DNA from: Eubacteriales bacterium
GTDB lineage: Bacteria; Bacillota; Clostridia; Oscillospirales; CAG-272
Length of the DNA: 64,000 nt
Reading direction: 5' to 3'
Assembly: GCA_045540755.1 (NCBI GenBank)
Contig: JAZQHV010000082.1
Coordinates: forward strand, 24,952 to 88,951
Positions 35,853-44,867 of the stretch are shown piece by piece. The position numbers and the translations under genes were made by a program. The notes under the pieces are model-generated. The model saw only the letters and a program-made list of their open reading frames with translations, was not told the DNA's origin and made no database searches. The stretch's first letter is position 1. Each line of letters starts with the position of its first letter.

Positions 35853-36809
35853 ATGGCAGTACGCTTTCAAAACCCCATTCTGGAATACGGCGCAGACCCG
35901 TTCGTCGTTCTGTTTGAGGGCAAATATTATTATGTTTATTCGCACAAGGACCGTCAGTTGCAGGTAAGCTGTGCGGACAATCTGCATCAGCTCACCCGCG
36001 AGGGCAAGGTCGTTTTCGCTCCCGAGGACGGCTTGGAGTATTCCCGCGAGCTCTGGGCACCTGAGATCCACTATATCAACGGTGATTGGTATCTCTACGT
36101 TGCGGCGGATAACGGCAATAACTTCAATCACCGTATGTACGTGCTGAAGTCGGGGAACGGCCGTCCCGACGGCGAGTACGAGATGGTCGGCAAGATCACC
36201 ACGCCCGACGACCATTGGGCGATCGACGGTACGGTCATCCAGTACAAGGGGGAGCTGTACTTCTCTTGGTCGGGCTGGGAGGGCGATGAGAACATCGCGC
36301 AGAACATCTACATCGCAAAGATGAAGTCTCCCACCGAGATCGAGGGCGAGCGTGTTCTGCTTTCAAAGCCTGAATACGAATGGGAAAAACGCCATTGCGG
36401 CGTTTGTGAGTGGGACGGCAAGTACCGCCCGCTCATCAATGAGGGACCGCAGATCCTGTACAAGGACGATACCGTACATATTATTTATTCCGCATCGGGA
36501 AGCTGGAGCCAGTATTACTGCCTTGGCAGACTGACCTTCCGCGGCGGCGACATCATGGATCCGAAGTGCTGGGAAAAGCATCCCGAGCTTGTCTTTTCGC
36601 AGAGCGAGGGTACGCACGGCACCGGTCACTGCTCGTTCACGACTACGAAGGACGGAAAGACCGACGTGCTGGTGTACCATGCAATGCGTACTCCCAACGG
36701 CGGTTGGGGCGCAAGAGGTGTGCGTGCGCAGACCTTCACCTGGGAGGGTGATGTTCCCGTATTCGGCAAGGCGGCAGGTCTTGAGGACTGGATCGAGATC
36801 AGCGAATAA
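35853..36809 (+). CDS. glycoside hydrolase family 43 protein
   Basis: Start trimmed to the ATG at 35853 (AGGAGG upstream). Motifs GADPFVV, LWAPEIHYING, AIDGTV, INEGPQI. Confidence 0.85.
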   Translation: MAVRFQNPILEYGADPFVVLFEGKYYYVYSHKDRQLQVSCADNLHQLTREGKVVFAPEDGLEYSRELWAPEIHYINGDWYLYVAADNGNNFNHRMYVLKSGNGRPDGEYEMVGKITTPDDHWAIDGTVIQYKGELYFSWSGWEGDENIAQNIYIAKMKSPTEIEGERVLLSKPEYEWEKRHCGVCEWDGKYRPLINEGPQILYKDDTVHIIYSASGSWSQYYCLGRLTFRGGDIMDPKCWEKHPELVFSQSEGTHGTGHCSFTTTKDGKTDVLVYHAMRTPNGGWGARGVRAQTFTWEGDVPVFGKAAGLEDWIEISE

Positions 36810-36827
36810 TTATAAAGAGGTAATACC

Positions 36828-37709
36828 GTGAAATACATTCTGGAAAACGATAAACTGCAAGTCGTTGTCAACTCGTTTGCGGCAGAGTTGCAGGGCATCC
36901 GTTTCAAGGAAACGGGTCTTGAATACATGTGGCAACCGGGCGCGGAGATCTGGAACAACCGTTCCATTCTCCTGTTCCCCAATCCCGGTCGTATCGCGCA
37001 CGATCGCATCATCGTCGGTGGCAAGGTATATCCCGCAACCATGCACGGCTTTGCAAAAGATATGGAGTTTACCGCGGCAGAGGTCAGCGCAGAAAAGCTG
37101 GTGCTGGAACTTGCGGCAAACGATGATACGCGCTTCTATTTTCCCTATGAGTTTTTGTTCCGTGTGACCTTTGTGCTACAGGGTGACGTTTTGGAGCAAC
37201 GCTTTGACGTTGTCAATAAGGATAACAAGGACATGTACTTCTGCCTGGGCGCACACCCCGGCTTCTACTGCCCGATCGAACTTGGCGAGAGCGGTGACGA
37301 CTACGTGCTCCGCTTTGACCCGCCACAGCAGATGCTTCGTACTGAGACTGAGGCGGGTACCCGTCTTCTGACGGGCAAGACAACGCCCGTAGAACTTGAA
37401 AACGGTACGGATATGTTCGTTGGTGAAAAGTTCTTCAACGACGATCCGAAACTGTTTTCGAATGTCAAGGCAGATACCATCACGCTTCTGTCCAAAAAGT
37501 CGGGCAGATTTGTGGAAATGGGCATCAAGGACTTCCCGTACATGTGTATCTGGGGCGTGCCCGATAAGATGCAGATCTTAAGCATCGAGCCGTGGTGCGG
37601 AACGAGTGACCTCACCGACACCGACCACGTCTGGGAGCACAAGCTCGGCATTGAAAAGGCGGAGATCGGTGCAACCTGGACACGTACACTCACATTCCGC
37701 GTAGGTTAA
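36828..37709 (+). CDS. aldose 1-epimerase family protein
   Basis: GTG start at 36828, 7 nt after AAGAGG. 293 aa. Motifs LFPNPGRI, HGFAKD, LGAHPGF. Confidence 0.8.
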   Translation: MKYILENDKLQVVVNSFAAELQGIRFKETGLEYMWQPGAEIWNNRSILLFPNPGRIAHDRIIVGGKVYPATMHGFAKDMEFTAAEVSAEKLVLELAANDDTRFYFPYEFLFRVTFVLQGDVLEQRFDVVNKDNKDMYFCLGAHPGFYCPIELGESGDDYVLRFDPPQQMLRTETEAGTRLLTGKTTPVELENGTDMFVGEKFFNDDPKLFSNVKADTITLLSKKSGRFVEMGIKDFPYMCIWGVPDKMQILSIEPWCGTSDLTDTDHVWEHKLGIEKAEIGATWTRTLTFRVG

Positions 37710-37752
37710 AATATATAGGAAAAGGGGGGTGCCATCGGCAACCGCCTTTTGC

Positions 37753-39909
37753 TTATCTTGTTGCAATTGCAATCGTCTTCAGCGTATCCGCAGGAGAATA
37801 CGGGTCTAAATGGAACGTGTAGGTATATGTGCCCTCATCCCAGCTTGCACCGTAGCCAAGCCCCCATTTTTCGCCGTTGACCGTAAAGGAATCTGTGGCA
37901 AAGGGGATGTCGGCGATGATGCAGATCAGTGATGCCGAAACCGATACCTCGCGCACACCCTTTGGAAGCGTCGCACTCGCAAGTGCGCCGTCTGCAAAGG
38001 TCAGGAGAAGATCGCCCTCTTGCGCTTTGTCCGTATCAACGGTCATGCAGTAATTCGGACGGACGGGGAGCAGGGAGGTGCGGTCAAGCTCGACTGTAAA
38101 AATGGTCGCAACGTATGCGTGTCCCGAAAGGTAGAGCGTGACGGTGTCCGTGTTCACACCGATGCCGTTGAGTACGACCGACTGATCAAAGCCGCCGAGT
38201 TTCTGGAAGTAGAATGTGTTCTTGTTTTGCGTGACCGCCTCGCCGCCGAGCATTTCGCTGTACGTGGCTTCCCCCGTGCCGTAACCCGCACTGCCGAGGT
38301 CATATGACCACAGTGCGCCGTTCTTGGCTTTTTCGATGTTCACACCCATGCGCGCCGCGTATTCGTCCATTGTCAGCGCACGGTCGTTTGCAACGTCAAA
38401 GTAGTACGTCTTGCGGCCACTGCCTCCCTCGGTACCCTGTCTGCCGATATGACTGTCCACGGTGATCGCCATAGCGCCGTCTGCATAGGCAAAATCATAG
38501 GAAACGTTGTAGATCTTGTAGTCGTCGCCCTTTTCCAACTCGCGGATGATGGGATCGTAGTCGGCGGCGATCGTCTGATTGAATGCCTCTGCCGCCGCTG
38601 TACCCGTTGTCAAACGCGGATAGGTGATCGACTGCTTGCCGAGTATGCCGCCACTATAGACGTTATAGGCATCACGGATATAGTTGCACGCATCCGCAAT
38701 GGGAGGCGCATCCGCAGGGTCAATGTAGAGCACGATGCTTTCCAACTTGTCGTACGCTGTGTAGCCGTCATAGTAAAAGTCGAAGACGTCGCCCGCGCTG
38801 CTCCAGCGCTTCGGTACGCCGCCGTTGACCGAGAGCAGAGCATCGTTCAGCTCTGCAAAGTACGGGATGCACACCTTATGTGCCTTTACGGTGATGCGGT
38901 TGTCGGCAAATGCCGCAGGAGCGGTCGCGCTGACGATCTTCCCGCCCTCAAACAGGATCTCGATGCGGTCGGTGTCCGCTGCGGTGAGCGCAACCACGGC
39001 CTCATAGTTCGGACGGATGGGTTCCAGCGTTTCGCGGTCCAGTGTTACGGTAAAGGTGTTGGTCGTGTACATAGAACCACTGAAATAAAGGATAACGGTC
39101 TCGGGCTGAACAAGGGCGCCGTCCAGCTTCACCGAGTCTGCGAACTTGGTAAACCGCTGAAAATAAAGCACGTTTTCCGCAGTCGCGCCAAGGATCTCGG
39201 TATCGCCCGGCAGACGGAAGTTTACGTCTGCACCGTGGTCGGTCATTTCTCCGCCGTAGTCGGCGGTGTAGCCCGCGCGCGCAAGGTCATAGGACCAGAG
39301 TGCGCCCGAAAGTGCCGCTTCTTTGTCGACATCCATCGAGGCAAGATACTCGTCCACGGTCAGTTCGCGGTCGTTTAAGCCGTCATAGTAGAAGAAACGC
39401 TGGGTCGTGCCGCCCTCGGAGTACTGCCAGCCGCCGAATTCGGTATAGTGGAACATCAGGGTGTGATAGTCCTTGCCTGTGTATGCGGCGTTGTAGCCGA
39501 TACGGTACAGCTCGTTGGCCTCTTTGTCGCTACGGAGCTTTTCCACCATCGGTGCGTAGAGCAAGCGGATCTTTTCGTTCAGCGCGGTGGCACCCGGTGC
39601 ATCCGAAAGCACGCGTGTATACGCAATGGAATGCTTAAAATTGAAGTTGCCGCCGTAAAAGTGATCCTTTGCCTGCTTTTCGATCTTGTCTGCCTCTTCA
39701 AAGGCGACCTGCAGAATCGGTGCAGGCGGCTCGGTCACCGCAGTCGTTTCGGGGGCGGTGGTCTCGGGGATCGCTGAGGTCTCGGGTGCCGCGGTAGTCT
39801 CGGGCGCTGCGGTGGTCGCGGGTATCTCCGTTGTCACGGGAGGCACTGTCTCGCCGCAGGAGACAAGCAACAGCGCGAGGATGAGAATGCAAGTGAACAG
39901 TTTACGCAT
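37753..39909 (-). CDS. lipoprotein with internally duplicated ~310-aa module, function unknown
   Basis: 718 aa. Lipobox LLLVSCG. Low-complexity linker (APETTAAPETSAIPETTAPETT). Two homologous halves (ALWSYDLARAGYTADYGGE...LDRETLEPIRPNYEAVV and ALWSYDLGSAGYGTGE...LDRTSLLPVRPNYCMTV). Confidence 0.75.
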   Translation of the reverse strand: MRKLFTCILILALLLVSCGETVPPVTTEIPATTAAPETTAAPETSAIPETTAPETTAVTEPPAPILQVAFEEADKIEKQAKDHFYGGNFNFKHSIAYTRVLSDAPGATALNEKIRLLYAPMVEKLRSDKEANELYRIGYNAAYTGKDYHTLMFHYTEFGGWQYSEGGTTQRFFYYDGLNDRELTVDEYLASMDVDKEAALSGALWSYDLARAGYTADYGGEMTDHGADVNFRLPGDTEILGATAENVLYFQRFTKFADSVKLDGALVQPETVILYFSGSMYTTNTFTVTLDRETLEPIRPNYEAVVALTAADTDRIEILFEGGKIVSATAPAAFADNRITVKAHKVCIPYFAELNDALLSVNGGVPKRWSSAGDVFDFYYDGYTAYDKLESIVLYIDPADAPPIADACNYIRDAYNVYSGGILGKQSITYPRLTTGTAAAEAFNQTIAADYDPIIRELEKGDDYKIYNVSYDFAYADGAMAITVDSHIGRQGTEGGSGRKTYYFDVANDRALTMDEYAARMGVNIEKAKNGALWSYDLGSAGYGTGEATYSEMLGGEAVTQNKNTFYFQKLGGFDQSVVLNGIGVNTDTVTLYLSGHAYVATIFTVELDRTSLLPVRPNYCMTVDTDKAQEGDLLLTFADGALASATLPKGVREVSVSASLICIIADIPFATDSFTVNGEKWGLGYGASWDEGTYTYTFHLDPYSPADTLKTIAIATR

Positions 39910-39922
39910 GGTATGCTCCTTT

Positions 39923-41698
39923 CTATTCGGAAATCACAAATTCGGTAGAAACGGGGGAAAACTTTCCGTCCGCAAAGGCAAAATCAATCTCGATCGAGCC
40001 GTAGAAGGTCGTTTCTCCAAGCTGACAGGGGAGGGAGCGGTGTAGAACACCGTTTTCGATGGAATCGTAGTAGAAATTCTGTGTGACCACGTAGTCAAAC
40101 AGGGGCTCTTTGTTGCCGAAAATGCTCTTCTCAATGGTGTACGTATCTTCGCCGACCGTCAAGCGGAAGGCATCGGCATCGGCGGTGGAGGAAAAGCTTG
40201 CCCACACGCCGTTGTAGTCCACGTCGTACTCGGCAAGGGTCACGCCGTCAAATACCCGGGCGTGCGACCAATGCACCGTGCCGCCGTTTACAAAGGTCAG
40301 TATCACGTCGGGATATCCGTCACCCGTGAGGTCCGCGACCGTGGCGGTCGGCGGTGCATCAAAGGAATTGTGCTCTTTGAAGGTCTTGACGTAGTCGCCC
40401 ACCGTCAGCTGCAACTCCGAGCCGAGAGAATGCTTGCGCAGAACGGTGACCGAGACCTCCTCGGCAGAGATCTTTTTAAGCGTGCGGCATACGGATTCGT
40501 AATTGCCGTATACGCCGTCGAGCATGGCGCTTGCTTTCTCTGTTTCAAAAGGGAAATGCAGCGCGAGCGTCTGTTTGGGCATTTCGTAGCGGTTGCCGAA
40601 GGCGTTTTCGTGGATGCTTTGCATGCCGCTTGGGAAAGAGATGCTTGTCAGCGACGTGCAGAAGAATGCGCGCTCGCCGATGTGCTCCACACACTCGGGC
40701 ACGGTATAGTGCCCGCTCCTGCCAACGGGAAAAGCAACGAGCGTTCTTCTGTCAGGGGTGAAGACCACGCCGTCAATCGAGATAAAACGTGCGTGCTTGA
40801 CGTCCTCAATATGCAGGTCGGTCAGCGTGCGGCGCAGACTGTCCAGCGGTACGTTGTAGGAAAGGATGTCCTCAAGCTCCGCATCCATTGGGAAGGTAAA
40901 TGCCGTAATGGGGCGCTTTGTCATGTAAAAGTCGCCCTCGGCGACACCGCTATAGCCCAGGGGTACGGGGACGTTTCCACCCTCGGCAAGGTATGTCGCA
41001 GAGTAGGTCGTGTAGACCTCATCCGTGCCCTCATAGCCGCAAAAGCCGTAGCGGTTGCGTTGCACGTAGGACATGCCGAGCGTATTCTTTCCCGCGCCGT
41101 ACTCCACGATCTCATGCTCGTTCAGTTCGGGAAAGATCTTGGCAAGATTTCCCGACGGGTCGGGGATGCCCACGTTGCCGCCGCGCACGCGGAGGGTGAT
41201 ACCGCCGATCGGGTATTCGGGTGTGATCGTGCTGTGCGGGAGCGTGGTGCCAACGGCGGTCAGCGTGCGGGGCAGAGAGAGCTCGGTGAGCCCCATGCAG
41301 CCCGCAAACGCGCCCTCTGACAGTTTTTGCACGCTGTCGGGGAGGTATACGCTTTCGATCTTACAGTTTGCAAATGCGTTTTCCCCGATGATCAGCGTGC
41401 CTGCGGGAATGTCATAGTGCCCCGACCGCCCACGCGGAAAGGCAACGAGTGTTTGCAGACCTTTGGTAAAGATCACGCCGTCCACCGCGGTGTAATTGGG
41501 GTTATCCTCGGCAACGGCAAGGGAAAGGACGCTTGCGTTCATATCCGAAAACTGCTCGTTTCCCGTCGGAAAGAACAACTCCGTGATCGGATAGGTGGGG
41601 ATGGGAGCTTCCGTTTCCACAGGCGGCTCGACCTCGCCGCAGGCGACGAGCAGAAGCGCGAGTGCGAGAAGCAGGATAACAGAATTGCGTTTGGTCAT
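39923..41698 (-). CDS. BspA-type leucine-rich-repeat lipoprotein
   Basis: 591 aa. Lipobox LLLVACG. Two LRR blocks (IGENAFANCKIESVYLPDSVQKLSEGAFAGCMGLTELSLP and IGERAFFCTSLTSISFPSGMQSIHENAFGN). Confidence 0.75.
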   Translation of the reverse strand: MTKRNSVILLLALALLLVACGEVEPPVETEAPIPTYPITELFFPTGNEQFSDMNASVLSLAVAEDNPNYTAVDGVIFTKGLQTLVAFPRGRSGHYDIPAGTLIIGENAFANCKIESVYLPDSVQKLSEGAFAGCMGLTELSLPRTLTAVGTTLPHSTITPEYPIGGITLRVRGGNVGIPDPSGNLAKIFPELNEHEIVEYGAGKNTLGMSYVQRNRYGFCGYEGTDEVYTTYSATYLAEGGNVPVPLGYSGVAEGDFYMTKRPITAFTFPMDAELEDILSYNVPLDSLRRTLTDLHIEDVKHARFISIDGVVFTPDRRTLVAFPVGRSGHYTVPECVEHIGERAFFCTSLTSISFPSGMQSIHENAFGNRYEMPKQTLALHFPFETEKASAMLDGVYGNYESVCRTLKKISAEEVSVTVLRKHSLGSELQLTVGDYVKTFKEHNSFDAPPTATVADLTGDGYPDVILTFVNGGTVHWSHARVFDGVTLAEYDVDYNGVWASFSSTADADAFRLTVGEDTYTIEKSIFGNKEPLFDYVVTQNFYYDSIENGVLHRSLPCQLGETTFYGSIEIDFAFADGKFSPVSTEFVISE

Positions 41699-41810
41699 AA
41701 AAACACTCCTTTCCGAATGGTCTTCTATAGTATATATCGTAAAAAAACACGGTTGGTCGCAGTTTTGTTCACATTTCTAATACCATTATCCCATATTTCT
41801 CCATATTCGT

Positions 41811-41856
41811 CAAGAAAAAACTTTCCCGAAGGATGGGCGTCCATCCTTCGGGAAAG
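41811..41856 (-). terminator. strong intrinsic terminator ending the GH32 operon
   Basis: 16-bp stem (41821-41836 / 41840-41855) followed on the minus strand by TTTTTTCTTG. Confidence 0.85.
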
Positions 41857-41862
41857 CTTGCT

Positions 41863-44850
41863 CTATTGCAGGGTATGTGCAGAGAAGTCGGCGATCTCTG
41901 CGGTGCCGATGGCGGTCAGTGAAAAGCCGTCGGCGCTCTTCGGCGGGAAGATAAAGTCGGCAAACACCCTACCGTCCGAGGTGAAGGCTTCGATCACGGA
42001 ATTGTCCAGCACCGTGCAAAGGGATACGAAGCCGTCTGCATCGGTCTGCACGGTAACGGAATGCGCCCCGCGCACGATCGCACCGGAGGCCTTTGCATCC
42101 AACGTGACACGAACCGCAGAGTCTGAAAGATATTCAAGCCGTATCGCCGTTTGACAGCCGTCACCCTCACGCATACCGAGCGTAAGGCTTGCTCCGTCAT
42201 GAAGGCGTGCCTTCAAGTCGAAAAGTGCGTACAATGCGTTTGCGTTTTCGATTGCAAGCGCTTCGTTTGTGAGCGTAATGTCGGATACGTTGCAGAGCAC
42301 GTCGGCTTTTGCCTGCTCCAACTCCTCAATGGGAGAAAAGTGGAGTACTGCTTTGCCGTTTTCGGTCACAAGTGCGGTTTCGCAGGGCATGGAAAGGATT
42401 CCGTGCCAGTATTTGTCCTCCAGCCGGAATGCGGAGGTCTGATCGCGCATCCAACTCATGAGGAGCGTGCGCCCTGCGGGATCGTTGTAGAAGTCCTGCG
42501 TAGCGTGATTGGCATCCGAGTAAAAGAGCGGTGCCACTTTTTCCTGCGTGGGGACAAAGCGGACGGAGTCGCCCTCCCACACGAGGTCACCTACGACGTA
42601 GAAGTCGCCGTCACCGATATAGACGTATTTTTTATTGGATGTATCTCCGTCGAGCGGCAGATGGAGCAGGGCGGGAAATTCGCTTTCGATCACGGTGCCG
42701 TCCGCATAGGTCATCACGCCCTGCGACGTCCATTGGATCAGGTCGGGCGAGGTGTACAGCGCAAAGGGACCGCCCGCGATCGCCATCAACCAGAGTTGCT
42801 TTTCCTCGATCCAAAGCACCTTGGGGTCGCGGAAATTTGCAAAATACGGCGAGGAGGCGATCACCGGATTGCCGCTGTATTTGGTGAAGGTATAGCCGCC
42901 GTCGGTGGAATAGGCGATCTCCTGGCGGAAGGGATTCGTAACCGTATAGAGTGCAACGACGCGGTTGTCGGGCGCTACGCTTTCGTCGAAGAGACCGCTC
43001 GTGTTTTCGCGATCTATCACTGCACAGCCGCTGTAGATCGCATCGCCGTCCGCAGGGCGGTCAATCGCGATCCCGTGATCCGTCCAATGTAAAAGGTCTT
43101 TGGAAACTGCGTGTCCCCAGACCTGATTACCCATGCGTAACTGCGTGGGATTCCATTGGTAATAGGCGTGGTATTCTCCCGTTTGCGCGTTATAGTGCAG
43201 GCCGTTTGGATCATTCATGAAATTTATGGGCGGCGTGACGTGCAGTTTCGGACGGTAGGTGTCTGTGTAGATAAGCTCTGTAGGGATGTCACGCCAAAGT
43301 GTAATCGTAGTTGTGGTCTTGCGGGCGTACCGGTCGCGCAGGTCGATCGCAAGGCGTGTTCTGCCGATGTCGGGCGTAAAGGTATATTTGCCTCCTGCAA
43401 GCTTTGTGTTGCCGAGCCTTGCCGTGTATCCGTCGGGGAGTGTCAGCGTGACTTCACCGTCGTATGCGCCGAGATCGACCGTTTGTGATACCGCGGCGGC
43501 AGAGAGCGGGAACTGCCGATCGCCTGCAGTGAGGGAAGTATCGCTTGCGAGCGGGATCACTTTGCCATCCACCGTGATCACGATGTCGCGGAAAGCGACC
43601 GAGGAACGGTAGGTATTAAAGCCGATGTAACCGCCTGCGAAGTCGGACTCGGTGCGCTCGAAGATGCATATGTTATCGAGGTAGTAGCGCACGGTACCGT
43701 CTGCATCCACGGTAAGACGCATGGCAAATTCGGTCTGCGAAAGTTGTGCCTCGGTGAGTGCGTGATTGGTGTCTGCACCGTTGGCAAACGTGCCCGTTTT
43801 TACGCTGAACAAACGTGCCACATTTTCCGCAACGGCAACGTTGGCACCGTACCAGCCCGCAGAGGGGGTGTCGGGATCGGTGACACCAAAGAGGATCGCA
43901 CCTGTTTTTCTGCCTCCGAGTACCTCAAGCGTTGCTTCCACGGAGAAGGGCGTTTTACGCGGCACGTATACGTCGGTCATGGCAAAGCGGTCGGCGGCGT
44001 TGGCATTGCTTGCGGTAAGCGTGCCGCCCGCAAAGCGCCAGTTCCCGTCTACGGTATGGATCGGCGAGACGGAAGGAAGCGCGCATTCGCCGACACGAAG
44101 GGAGATGTTTTTAAAGGCAACGTGGCTTCGGAAGGCATTGAAGCCGACGTAGCCGCCCGAAAGATCCGCCTCGTCATAAGCGGCAACAAAGCCGCCGTCC
44201 AGATAAAAGGAGATCCTGCCTCTTTCCGTAACGGCAACGCGAAGTGTGTAGGTATCCTTGGCAAGCTCGGCATCGGTGAGCCGTCTTTGCGTGGCGGTGC
44301 CTGCGCCGACCGTACCCGTGCCGTTGGCAAACAGGCGTGTATTCTTTGCGCCTTTGTCCACGTTGACGCAGTACCACGCAAGAGTCGGCACCTCGGGTGC
44401 GCACACGCCAAAGGTGATGCCGCCGCAATTGCCTTCGAGGATCTGCATGGTTGCTTCCAGTTCAAACGCGGTACCGCTCGGAATATAGATATCGCTCATG
44501 CCGAAGCCGTCACTGTTGTAGGAGATGCTGTTCAGCGTAAGCACGCCGTCGGTATAGCTCCAGGAAACGTTTTTAGGCGTAAAGGTCAATGCTTGCGAGA
44601 TATCGGTCATTCCGACGGGAGCGGGGCGGTTCAGTACGCGGCGAAGCAGGTAGAGGACGTCGCTGATTGCCGTTTTTCCGTCGCCGTCGAGATCGGTGGC
44701 TTCCTCGGCCGAATCTGTCATGGTAGCCTTGAGTACGTGGAGTACGTCTATTAAGTTTTCCTTGCCGTCACAGTTTAGATCACCGCTTCCCGCAAGGACG
44801 GTGAAGGAGAGCAAGAGGGAGAAGATAAGGAGCAGGAAGAATCTTTTCAT
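41863..44850 (-). CDS. secreted GH32 fructan hydrolase with N-terminal dockerin and two lectin-like (DUF1080/CBM66-like) modules
   Basis: Start trimmed to the ATG at 44850. Signal peptide MKRFFLLLIFSLLLSFTVLAG. Dockerin DLNCDGKENLIDVLHVL...DLDGDGKTAISDVLYLL. GH32 motifs FMNDPNGLHY, FRDPKV, SEFP. C-terminal beta-sandwich. Confidence 0.85.
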   Translation of the reverse strand: MKRFFLLLIFSLLLSFTVLAGSGDLNCDGKENLIDVLHVLKATMTDSAEEATDLDGDGKTAISDVLYLLRRVLNRPAPVGMTDISQALTFTPKNVSWSYTDGVLTLNSISYNSDGFGMSDIYIPSGTAFELEATMQILEGNCGGITFGVCAPEVPTLAWYCVNVDKGAKNTRLFANGTGTVGAGTATQRRLTDAELAKDTYTLRVAVTERGRISFYLDGGFVAAYDEADLSGGYVGFNAFRSHVAFKNISLRVGECALPSVSPIHTVDGNWRFAGGTLTASNANAADRFAMTDVYVPRKTPFSVEATLEVLGGRKTGAILFGVTDPDTPSAGWYGANVAVAENVARLFSVKTGTFANGADTNHALTEAQLSQTEFAMRLTVDADGTVRYYLDNICIFERTESDFAGGYIGFNTYRSSVAFRDIVITVDGKVIPLASDTSLTAGDRQFPLSAAAVSQTVDLGAYDGEVTLTLPDGYTARLGNTKLAGGKYTFTPDIGRTRLAIDLRDRYARKTTTTITLWRDIPTELIYTDTYRPKLHVTPPINFMNDPNGLHYNAQTGEYHAYYQWNPTQLRMGNQVWGHAVSKDLLHWTDHGIAIDRPADGDAIYSGCAVIDRENTSGLFDESVAPDNRVVALYTVTNPFRQEIAYSTDGGYTFTKYSGNPVIASSPYFANFRDPKVLWIEEKQLWLMAIAGGPFALYTSPDLIQWTSQGVMTYADGTVIESEFPALLHLPLDGDTSNKKYVYIGDGDFYVVGDLVWEGDSVRFVPTQEKVAPLFYSDANHATQDFYNDPAGRTLLMSWMRDQTSAFRLEDKYWHGILSMPCETALVTENGKAVLHFSPIEELEQAKADVLCNVSDITLTNEALAIENANALYALFDLKARLHDGASLTLGMREGDGCQTAIRLEYLSDSAVRVTLDAKASGAIVRGAHSVTVQTDADGFVSLCTVLDNSVIEAFTSDGRVFADFIFPPKSADGFSLTAIGTAEIADFSAHTLQ

Positions 44851-44867
44851 ACTTTGTTTCCTTTCTT

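Noticed and set aside
39740-39860. Short tandem DNA repeats (ccc gag acc acc gc...) that might suggest a repeat array.
   Set aside because: They are in frame within a lipoprotein and encode a Pro/Glu/Thr/Ala linker. They are not CRISPR-like, having no spacers and no constant repeat length.
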